Source: Thraustochytrium aureum
Taxonomy: Eukaryota
Assembly (NCBI GenBank): GCA_012862495.1
Contig: BLSG01000411.1
Span: forward strand, 236,411 to 300,410
DNA: 64,000 nucleotides
Direction of reading: 5' to 3'
The notes below the pieces were generated by a model, which saw only the letters and a list, made by a program, of their open reading frames with translations, was not told the origin of the DNA and did no database searches. Shown piece by piece: positions 54,360-63,100 of this stretch. Position 1 is the first letter of the stretch. Every line of letters starts with the position of its first letter. The translations under genes were made by a program, and so were the position numbers.

Positions 54360-56729
54360 ATGCATCGCGCTCTGCAGGACAGAAAGCGCATTGACGAAGC
54401 GCGACGTCGCAAGCGCGTCGAGGAGCAAGAATTGCGAAAGGCGAGGCAGCGCTCGCCCAATGGCGTCGAAATGGCCTGCCAGACCGAGGCCAGCAGACCG
54501 AGTGGCCACGCGAAGACTGAGAGCAGTGCGCAGACCCGCGACACGGATATGGTATTTGCAAGGCACAGCCGCCTCCTAGAGGTGGAGAGAAGCGAGAGAC
54601 ACGAGCGGGCCAGGGCTTCCCACGAGCAGCTGGACGCACAATGCGGGCCAGATCCGCCCCAGCGGCGCAACCTCGCGCGCGAGCTTGGACTGGAACCTGG
54701 AGAAGATCGGGCAATCGACCCAACAACGCGCCGAAACCAGACCAAGCAAAAGGCGCGCCTTGAGCGGAGGGCGAGCACGGGCACTGGGCTAACAGACGCG
54801 CGACGCGCACGACTCGAGCGGCTCCTCGAGCGCGAAGAGCGCAAACCGTACGTTTCGCTGTTCAGCAGTCGGAAAGAGCAAGACGCGGAGGACGGCTTTG
54901 GCCGGTCCGCTCTCCGCACAGACCGGGGAGACGTGGACTTTGACAGCAGCTGCACGTCCGGTGAGGATCTTGACTCGCGCATGGTTGTGGAATCGGTGAC
55001 TCAGGGTGTCGCATCGAGTTTCTGCAACGGGAGCAGCGTGGTTTGCCACGATTTCTGTCCTGCCTCGGACGAGGAGGACATCACAACGTTTGCCGTGGAG
55101 ATGTGGATCCTGCCAGTGCGAGACCAAGTCGGGGACAAGGACCTGCGCACAAAGAGATCTGGTAACAGTGTCGACAACAAGCTTTTGGCGCGCTCGCAAG
55201 CGCAGTCTGAGTGGCGCTATCTCGTCCACAAAGGCAAGCCCGAGCGCGAGCATGGCGGCCTAAACGTCACCCTGGAAAGCGCGCAGAGCGGCGTGGGGCG
55301 TGCGGTGGCGACCAACGCGCCTCGGCAAGGAAACCTAACCCCGACGATCCTAATCAGCGCGCGAACCGGGCAACTTCGAGTCCTGGTGTCGTGCCGCGAC
55401 TGGTTCGAGCGCGACGACCTCGTCGAGTCTGACGCGCTCGCCACCTTGATGGCCAAGCAAGACGTTGCTTCGTTCGAATCTGAGCGCTGCCTTCCGATTG
55501 CAACCTGGTCGCACGTCTCGCTTGTGGTCTCTCCTGTGCAGGTCACGCTGTTCGTGAACGGGCAGCGTGACGCATTCTTCGCCCCGACCCCAACAGGGAA
55601 GCGGCGCGTTGCGTTCAACTGGTCGCCCTTCTATTTTGGGGCTAGGCCAGAGTTGCGCGACTTGCCTACCAGCACAAGCGCGGGCAAAGTAGGATCAGGA
55701 ATTGCCGGGCGGGAGGGGTTTGTCGGGTTCATGAGCCAAGTCAAATTGGCGCACGGCGTCTCGTCGCTGGACGGCTTTGCTTTTCCATTCAGCGAAACGC
55801 TCTGCCCGCCGTACCCTGAGGCGCACAACGAGTGGAACGACTTGGGCCAGGTCCTCGTCGACGCGTCGCAGTGTCCGGGCTCAATCCTTGCGCTTGGTGG
55901 GGCAGCGTCAGCTGGGGCGAAGCGGGACCGCGACCTGCAACGAAACCTCAAGCGCGAGCTTGACGAGCAACTGCGCTTCAAGCAGATGCAGGCGGAAGAA
56001 GCGCAGCGCGAACGCGAGCGCGAGGCTGAGCAGCTCGCGCGTGTTTTGCAAGCGCAGAGTGACGAAGAGCGTCGACAGCGTGAGCGGCGGCTCAGAGAAC
56101 GCGAGGCGGCGCACCAAGAGATGAAGCTCCAAGTCGAGGAATCTTTTCAACGCAAACGCCACGAGGCTCTGCGGGACCTGCAAGAGGCCCTAATGAGCTC
56201 GTCCGAAGGGTTTCAGGACAGGTCGGGCCGGCAGCCCACTGCTCGGCGTCAAGCGGACAACACCGAGTACTGCAGAGAAATGCAAGAGCTCGCGAAGCAG
56301 CGGGAGCGAGCGCGGCAGATTGAGCGCGAGGCGGAGGCAGAACTGGAGCGCGCGCGCATACAGGCTGCCGTTAGCGAGTACCAGAGAGACGAGCAGTTGG
56401 CGAAAGTTCGCCGCCTGGAAAAGCAGGCGCAGCTTCGGGCAGACCTTGACGAGCAAATGGCCCAGCGCAAGCTCGACCAGGCCTACGGCAACCAGAGGTT
56501 TCTCTCGGCTGACGAGCGTGGGATCAATGCCAACTTGCTCCGCATCTTGGACGCTGATAGACGCTCGCGCGATCAGGTGGAGAGCAAGGAGGACGGCTCA
56601 GCGGCACGCGACTTGGGTGCGCGTCGCGACGGCTGGGAACCGCGCGGCGAACAAGTCCAGTCGTCCGAGGCATTCTCCGTCTTGTCGCGAGGGGAGATGG
56701 ATCGCATCCTGCGCTCACTGGTGCGCTAG
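54360..56729 (+). CDS. Intracellular LamG/ConA-like domain protein with long C-terminal coiled coil (ciliary/trichoplein-like)
   Basis: FAVEMWI and WSHVSLVV...VTLFVNGQ (Laminin_G_3-like); E/R/Q-rich coil with LDEQ repeats and LSADERGINANLL. Confidence 0.7.
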   Translation: MHRALQDRKRIDEARRRKRVEEQELRKARQRSPNGVEMACQTEASRPSGHAKTESSAQTRDTDMVFARHSRLLEVERSERHERARASHEQLDAQCGPDPPQRRNLARELGLEPGEDRAIDPTTRRNQTKQKARLERRASTGTGLTDARRARLERLLEREERKPYVSLFSSRKEQDAEDGFGRSALRTDRGDVDFDSSCTSGEDLDSRMVVESVTQGVASSFCNGSSVVCHDFCPASDEEDITTFAVEMWILPVRDQVGDKDLRTKRSGNSVDNKLLARSQAQSEWRYLVHKGKPEREHGGLNVTLESAQSGVGRAVATNAPRQGNLTPTILISARTGQLRVLVSCRDWFERDDLVESDALATLMAKQDVASFESERCLPIATWSHVSLVVSPVQVTLFVNGQRDAFFAPTPTGKRRVAFNWSPFYFGARPELRDLPTSTSAGKVGSGIAGREGFVGFMSQVKLAHGVSSLDGFAFPFSETLCPPYPEAHNEWNDLGQVLVDASQCPGSILALGGAASAGAKRDRDLQRNLKRELDEQLRFKQMQAEEAQREREREAEQLARVLQAQSDEERRQRERRLREREAAHQEMKLQVEESFQRKRHEALRDLQEALMSSSEGFQDRSGRQPTARRQADNTEYCREMQELAKQRERARQIEREAEAELERARIQAAVSEYQRDEQLAKVRRLEKQAQLRADLDEQMAQRKLDQAYGNQRFLSADERGINANLLRILDADRRSRDQVESKEDGSAARDLGARRDGWEPRGEQVQSSEAFSVLSRGEMDRILRSLVR

Positions 56730-56837
56730 CTCTCTAGGGCTAGAGATAGCAAGACTTTTTTTAAAAAAGTGTCCATCGTGCTTATTTCAAGTTGGCGGCG
56801 CGAGGTGACCTCGCGCTCGGCCTGCGCGTTTTTAAAA

Positions 56838-57437
56838 TCAATTGGGCCCCCGCTGCATTGCGCCGCGGGCAAACCCCAGCGGCGCTTCGTCTTGAGACGC
56901 AAAGAAGGCCATGCTGTTGACGGTGTGAATGTTGAAGTAGAAGCGCTCTGGAAAGTCTTCGAGCTCTTGTAGGAGCTCAGCTGTTGTCATGTTGGTCACC
57001 TGGCCTTCGACTCGCACTCCCGGGACATCCAGCTGCACTGCGCGAAACTGCCTGTTCAGCTGCGTGCAAGGTACTGGGTATGGAGTTCCATCGTCAAGGA
57101 GGGTTGAAGAGCCGCAAAAGTTGATCACCGGCGGGCCAAAGCCCGTTTTTGCGTTGCCTTCGTCCACAATGTGGATGTGGGCCGCGACGATAGGCGAGAT
57201 TCCGTTCCACTGCTTGAACGTCGTGCTGCAGGATATCGTCGGCTCGGAAACTCCGCTTGCGGTCGCGTTGCAGAGCTGGCAGGTCAACGCTCCTTGCGCC
57301 TTGATGAATCCGAACTCTGCGGTGCCGCGGAGATTGTCCCCAACGCCGAGCTTCGCGGTCAGCATCGTGCAGCTGGTTTGTGCAGCGTGAGCCTGTGCAG
57401 CGCCGAGGGCCAGGGCGAGTGCAATTTGGACCTTCAT
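56838..57437 (-). CDS. Secreted single CHRD-domain protein
   Basis: Signal peptide MKVQIALALALGAAQAHA; GTAEF, IVAAHIH, GPPVINF, PERFYFNIHT, GFARGAM. Confidence 0.82.
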   Translation of the reverse strand: MKVQIALALALGAAQAHAAQTSCTMLTAKLGVGDNLRGTAEFGFIKAQGALTCQLCNATASGVSEPTISCSTTFKQWNGISPIVAAHIHIVDEGNAKTGFGPPVINFCGSSTLLDDGTPYPVPCTQLNRQFRAVQLDVPGVRVEGQVTNMTTAELLQELEDFPERFYFNIHTVNSMAFFASQDEAPLGFARGAMQRGPN

Positions 57438-58878
57438 GTCGTTTGTTTTGATCGAGTTGGAGCTTGGGAGCGCGAGTCTTGTGTTTGGTGTTTTGGTCTC
57501 TGGTGTTTTGGTGTCTGGTTGCATCTGGCGCCGCGAGCACGTTGAGGAAGCTGGCTACGTTGACCAGACGCCGCCGCGAGCNNNNNNNNNNNNNNNNNNN
57601 NNNNNNNNNNNNNNNNNNNNNNNNNNNNNNNNNNNNNNNNNNNNNNNNNNNNNNNNNNNNNNNNNNNNNNNNNNNNNNNNNNNNNNNNNNNNNNNNNNNN
57701 NNNNNNNNNNNNNNNNNNNNNNNNNNNNNNNNNNNNNNNNNNNNNNNNNNNNNNNNNNNNNNNNNNNNNNNNNNNNNNNNNNNNNNNNNNNNNNNNNNNN
57801 NNNNNNNNNNNNNNNNNNNNNNNNNNNNNNNNNNNNNNNNNNNNNNNNNNNNNNNNNNNNNNNNNNNNNNNNNNNNNNNNNNNNNNNNNNNNNNNNNNNN
57901 NNNNNNNNNNNNNNNNNNNNNNNNNNNNNNNNNNNNNNNNNNNNNNNNNNNNNNNNNNNNNNNNNNNNNNNNNNNNNNNNNNNNNNNNNNNNNNNNNNNN
58001 NNNNNNNNNNNNNNNNNNNNNNNNNNNNNNNNNNNNNNNNNNNNNNNNNNNNNNNNNNNNNNNNNNNNNNNNNNNNNNNNNNNNNNNNNNNNNNNNNNNN
58101 NNNNNNNNNNNNNNNNNNNNNNNNNNNNNNNNNNNNNNNNNNNNNNNNNNNNNNNNNNNNNNNNNNNNNNNNNNNNNNNNNNNNNNNNNNNNNNNNNNNN
58201 NNNNNNNNNNNNNNNNNNNNNNNNNNNNNNNNNNNNNNNNNNNNNNNNNNNNNNNNNNNNNNNNNNNNNNNNNNNNNNNNNNNNNNNNNNNNNNNNNNNN
58301 NNNNNNNNNNNNNNNNNNNNNNNNNNNNNNNNNNNNNNNNNNNNNNNNNNNNNNNNNNNNNNNNNNNNNNNNNNNNNNNNNNNNNNNNNNNNNNNNNNNN
58401 NNNNNNNNNNNNNNNNNNNNNNNNNNNNNNNNNNNNNNNAATTAGCGTCAGAATTTCGCCCGATTCCCAGCCCCAGGTCCAGCCTCCAAGCTGGAATTCC
58501 AACAATACGCTGTTTCTCTTGAATTCCGTAAATTCACCGAGGATGGTGCATAATGTTACCCATTTTAGATAACAGCAAGGTTACACATCTGAAAACACGG
58601 GGCATCGGAATTTCCAATGCGTTGCTACTATTTATAGTAATGAGTCTTAAGGCGTTGCCTCTCCGACGACTCGCAAAGCGGTTTAGTCCGGTACCCGATT
58701 CCATGGCCTTGTGCTCCTATGAAACAAGACCCCGTGTCAGTATACCGTTCTCAACAGATCTCAAGCCCGCAGTATCTGTCTGCCTACTTGCGCGCCACTT
58801 CGGCGCGCGGCTGAAACGCTTCCGCGCTACTCTCTCTCCGCGCTGGCCGAAGGGGATCGAGAAAAACGGCTAGAGCCT

Positions 58879-58922
58879 CCGCGCCAAGTCCGCGCCAAGC
58901 GTCCGCGCCAAGCCGCGCCAAG
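58879..58922. repeat. Four copies of the decamer CCGCGCCAAG
   Basis: At 58879, 58890, 58903 and 58913, upstream of the resolvase ATG. Confidence 0.9.
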
Positions 58923-59079
58923 CCATGCTCTGGAGTCAAGTTCATCGCTGCTTGCACGCACGCCAACCTCACACAGGCAAGCAAATCCTCTTCCGCGTCG
59001 TGACCGTCGAAGCGGATTGGTCTGGGCGCACGCGATTAACGCCGCGGCTGGGTGGGTGGTCGAGCCTGAGGGTGGAAGG

Positions 59080-60048
59080 ATGTCCGGCATCCGAGCTGAA
59101 TCGCCAATCGACGTGACGGAAGCGAATGAGGAGGCACAAGCCCCTGCGTTCAGCATTGCGACAATGACGCCCACGGGCAGCACGACGTCCACAAGCAACA
59201 CACAGAACGACAGATTCCGTAACGCAAAGAGGGCTGCGCCATCGGCATCGCACCCAAGATCAGATTTGGAAGCGCCCGACTCGTCAACTGTCGCCGTGAG
59301 ACCGGGCAAGGCGATTCCACATTGGTTTGGAAAGCAGCAACAAAAGGCCCCAAAGGGAATCCAACCAACGCGGCGGATCCTGAGCTTCGACTGTGGCGAA
59401 GCCAACCTTAGCTTCTGTATGCTAAGCGGTGAAGTGCGACCCGTTGTCGCGGTTGGCGGCACCTCTATCGAGCACGTGGACTGGGTGGGGCTCTCGGGCG
59501 TGCAGATCTTGAAATGGCAGCGCGTGGACCTGAAAGCGCAATACATGGAAGGCAAGCGCCTGGATCGGAGTGTAGCTGAGCTTGGGGAAAGCCGCAAACA
59601 GCGAAGAGTAGGACTTGTAAGCTCCTCGTCCGGAAAAGCCAAACTCACAAAACTTCAACTTGCAGAAGCACTGACCAATTTCCTGTGTGACAAAGACCAG
59701 CAGTGGATGAAGACGATGCCAACGCTTATCGTGATTGAGCAACAAGTGCGGGAAAATGCTCGCATGGTCACACTATCGGCGATACTGGCAAGCTTTTTCT
59801 GTCAGGCGGGTATACCGGTCCGATCGTGCCTGGCGAAATCAAAGTTCGCGTTCCTGCCTGAGCCCCTGCGAAGCCCACCTGCAAGGACAGTGCGTCGGTA
59901 CAAAAGCCACGCAATTTCCATTGCGATTGCCGTAGTGAAATCGCTTAATCTAGAAGCCGCCTTTGCAGAGCAGCTAGCAGAGCCAAAGCTTGACGACTTG
60001 GCCGATGCCTTGCTGCAGGGCCTGAACTCACTTTGCTGCTTTCGATAG
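59080..60048 (+). CDS. RuvC-fold Holliday-junction resolvase, poxvirus A22/NCLDV or Ydc2/Cce1 type
   Basis: RILSFDCGEANLSFC (Asp 59389), LIVIEQQ (Glu 59737), AKSK, YKSHAISIA, KLDDLADALLQG (Asp 59992, 59995, 60004). All acidic catalytic residues are present. Confidence 0.85.
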   Translation: MSGIRAESPIDVTEANEEAQAPAFSIATMTPTGSTTSTSNTQNDRFRNAKRAAPSASHPRSDLEAPDSSTVAVRPGKAIPHWFGKQQQKAPKGIQPTRRILSFDCGEANLSFCMLSGEVRPVVAVGGTSIEHVDWVGLSGVQILKWQRVDLKAQYMEGKRLDRSVAELGESRKQRRVGLVSSSSGKAKLTKLQLAEALTNFLCDKDQQWMKTMPTLIVIEQQVRENARMVTLSAILASFFCQAGIPVRSCLAKSKFAFLPEPLRSPPARTVRRYKSHAISIAIAVVKSLNLEAAFAEQLAEPKLDDLADALLQGLNSLCCFR

Positions 60049-60124
60049 CCTCGCTCTCTAGCTAGTAGAGCTCTGCCAGAGCATAGTTTAAAAAAAAGTG
60101 CTTCAGATTTTTACCTTGCAGTTG

Positions 60125-63100
60125 CTAAGTTACATTTGGTCGGTTGGCGCGATGTTGGTTGTCGAGTTCTTGCGGTGCCGGCGGTGTCGGCGCCGACTCA
60201 GGCGGACGAGGCTGCGAAGCTGGAGGCGGTTGCACTGGCAGAGACGAAGATGATGGTTGAGAGCTTGACGCTGGTTGAGAGCTTGACGCATTTGGAAGCG
60301 GAACTTCTCCACGCCTTGGCGCGGCAGAGATTACAGTTCTGTGTTGTGCCCTTGGTGGGTGCCCCTGGAGGGACCGCCGAGATTCTTCAGAGATCAAATA
60401 GATTGCGAGTCTGTTGTAGTTGAGCACCCCTCCTGCGCTTGATGCTTGCACGTTGCAGCCGTCAGCAAGGAGCTGATCATACTTGGCGGCAAACCTTTGA
60501 TCGGCGAAGGCTTTTCGGCGCTCACTGACATTTCCGCTGCCAGATGCAGACGATTCTTGGATTCCAGCGCACGCCTCGTTCATGCCCAGGCTGTACAAGG
60601 CCGCGATCGCCTTGCACTTGGACCATCTCTTCTGGCCCGACAGCCCTTGGGCATAGATCCCTTTGTTGATCTTCTCGGCTCTGAAACACTCCTCGAGCCT
60701 CAACAGAGGGCGCTGGAACCGCGGATTACCTGTATCTGGGTCATCCACGCGCACGCCATTGTAGAACAGGTTCCAGAGGAAGTAGGGTTCGTTCGCAAGG
60801 GTGGGCTGCTGCAAACCTGCTGCAATCGCGAGTAGCGCCTCCTTCGAGTCAGCTTGTGACACAACTGCGATATTCGGAGACGGCCGGCCCACCGCAGCAA
60901 CCCGCGCGCGGCTTGCATCGCCCTGTCCTGATGCGCTGCGAGTCGCGGTTGGTGGCTTCGGTGCAGCACCTGGGACTTGCGAGGCGGGACTGTGTGAAGA
61001 GGAGCTCGAAGAAGTTTGAAGGGGGTCAGCCGTTGGCTCTTGAGTTCGCATGGTAGAGCCGCTGCTCGCAACACGAGGCCTCTTTGCTTGCTTGAGAAAG
61101 GAGCGCCCCCCCCCCATCCTGCTTGCACGGTCTTGGCCTCGATCTGGAGCCCGGACGCGCTTGGAGGCTTCCTGCGCTCGCGGCAAGTCACTCGCATCGC
61201 TCTCATCACCTAGCCCACAATCATCGTCAGACTCGTGCACATCGTGCGAGCGGCTGGTCGAGCCAGCTCGACCTCGAGCCCTACCTGATAGAGCGGCATG
61301 CATAGTCAGCAACTTTTCGTCGAAACTGCTCGCAGCGACTTCAATGGCGCTTTGAGATGCAATTTGACAGTTGCGCACGTCAGTGCGATACCTCTCTATC
61401 GAGTTTCGCGCCGCCTCGACCGCCTTTGTCGCGTTGTGAACAAGGCCCATTACTTGGCCTTGGTTCGCTGCGAGTTTTTGGAGCGCCGCGAGGAGCTCCT
61501 GAGAGAAGCCGAGGGAGGCGATGTTGTAGTCGTCCAAGGTCATGACTTTCCGCACTTCGTCACGAACCCTGACCTGGAAACTCGGCCAAAGTGCATGCTC
61601 GAAGACTGGGTGCTGGTAGACCGGCAAGTTGTTGAATTTGTCCTTCATGGGGGTGCCATCCAGGGTGCCGTCCCACGGAGCCGCTGCGTCTTGAAGGAAG
61701 ACGTTTGCCATGTACAGAAAGTAGTCAACAAGCCCTTGCGTGGCGAGGAACAAGTGGGCTTGTTCTGGTTTGTGGCTCTGCGGATTGCTGGCACGCCAAA
61801 ACGGGCTCGCAAGGCACTCGATGTCGTTTTCGAGAGATGGAAAGATCAAGGCGACCAGTGGCCAGAACTCGGAGCCCGGCCTGATCATGGGCACTTGCCG
61901 CGGCATACACCACGACTTGCCGTCTGGAACAAAGCCGGTGCTTCCGCGAACAGCCTTGGTCGACGGTCGGCTGCGGTAAAACAGTTGCCGCACGCTCTTG
62001 CTCTTTGCACCCGTAGACTTTTTGGACGCGTCGACGCTCCAGCCAGCGTGGTACTCGATCTCTTCGCTGTCCGCGGTGTTGAAGTCGGAGAGCTTCCGTC
62101 CGATCTTTGTGATTGCTGGGCTGTGGATGTTTGCTCTCTTGAGCATGCAGTGGTAGTCGACCCGCATGACGTTGTAGGGCACGGGCTTCTCCCCGTCCGC
62201 GGGGCCTGGGCGTACGTAAACGGTCCGCTTATACCACGCCGCTCGCGTGCTGATGTCCGGCCACGCGCGGAATCGCCCACCTGGTGTGTGAAAGGAAAAC
62301 TGGAACACCTCAAGCCGCGCCCTGTCACCCTGACCGCAAAGGATGACATCCCTGTCCCGGCCTTCAAAGGTTGCCCACTTGTGCGAGCCGCGGATGTTTT
62401 TGGCCTTTTGGATCTGCACTCCAACGAGGTAAGGTGTGATGTCCTGTGTTGGGCTGGTCCCAAGGTCGGGACACGGGAAGGCGCTCACGTCCATCAGCTT
62501 TTTGTCACGCTCTTGCTCACCACGGATATAAGTGTGCATCTGGCAGCCGAACATGGCCAGGGTGTTGAGGATTCGGTGCGGGTTTGCCAAGAATTTGCAC
62601 TCTGCTTTCCACGTTTTGAGGGCGTTCCGGTGGTCGTCAGCAGCCTTTCGCTGGAAAGCCGCCTCCTCCTCTTCGGTGCGCTCCTCGGCACTAGCAGCCT
62701 CGCCGCGCTTTTCAAGAAGGAGCTGGTAAGTCTTGACGTCTGGAGCCTCGCGCTCGGTTTGGGCGAGGAGACTGATTTTCATCTGCCGCAGGGACTCTTT
62801 GTCAAACTTGTCGAGGTGGCTCTCGAGCGCAGACTCGTCAAAGGCTTTCATTGCCCGCTGGTTCTTCTCCCTCTTGCGTTCCAAGACGTACGCCCTAACC
62901 ATCTTGTCTTGCGGGCCTGCCTCGACGGCGCTAAACAAGTGCGGCAGGCAAATCTTTTCCCGCTCGAACATGAACAGAATAGCCGACGTGTACTTTGTCA
63001 GTGTATCTGTGCTCAAATGGGCCAGGTGTTCTGACTGGAGGAAGAGGATCACCCTGGGACTCGTTGTGAAAGGTGGTTCAAAACCCAGTTTGCCTGCAAA

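Noticed and set aside
59017..60048. RuvC protein next to a transposase as a Fanzor/TnpB RNA-guided nuclease or IS110-type recombinase
   Set aside because: It lacks the TnpB/Fanzor zinc ribbon, the RDxNAxxN RuvC-III motif and a REC/WED-sized N-terminus, and has no IS110 C-terminal serine domain. KLDDLADALLQG is the A22/Ydc2 resolvase signature.
61298..63034. 578-aa plus-strand ORF inside the recombinase
   Set aside because: Antisense shadow with no recognisable motifs.
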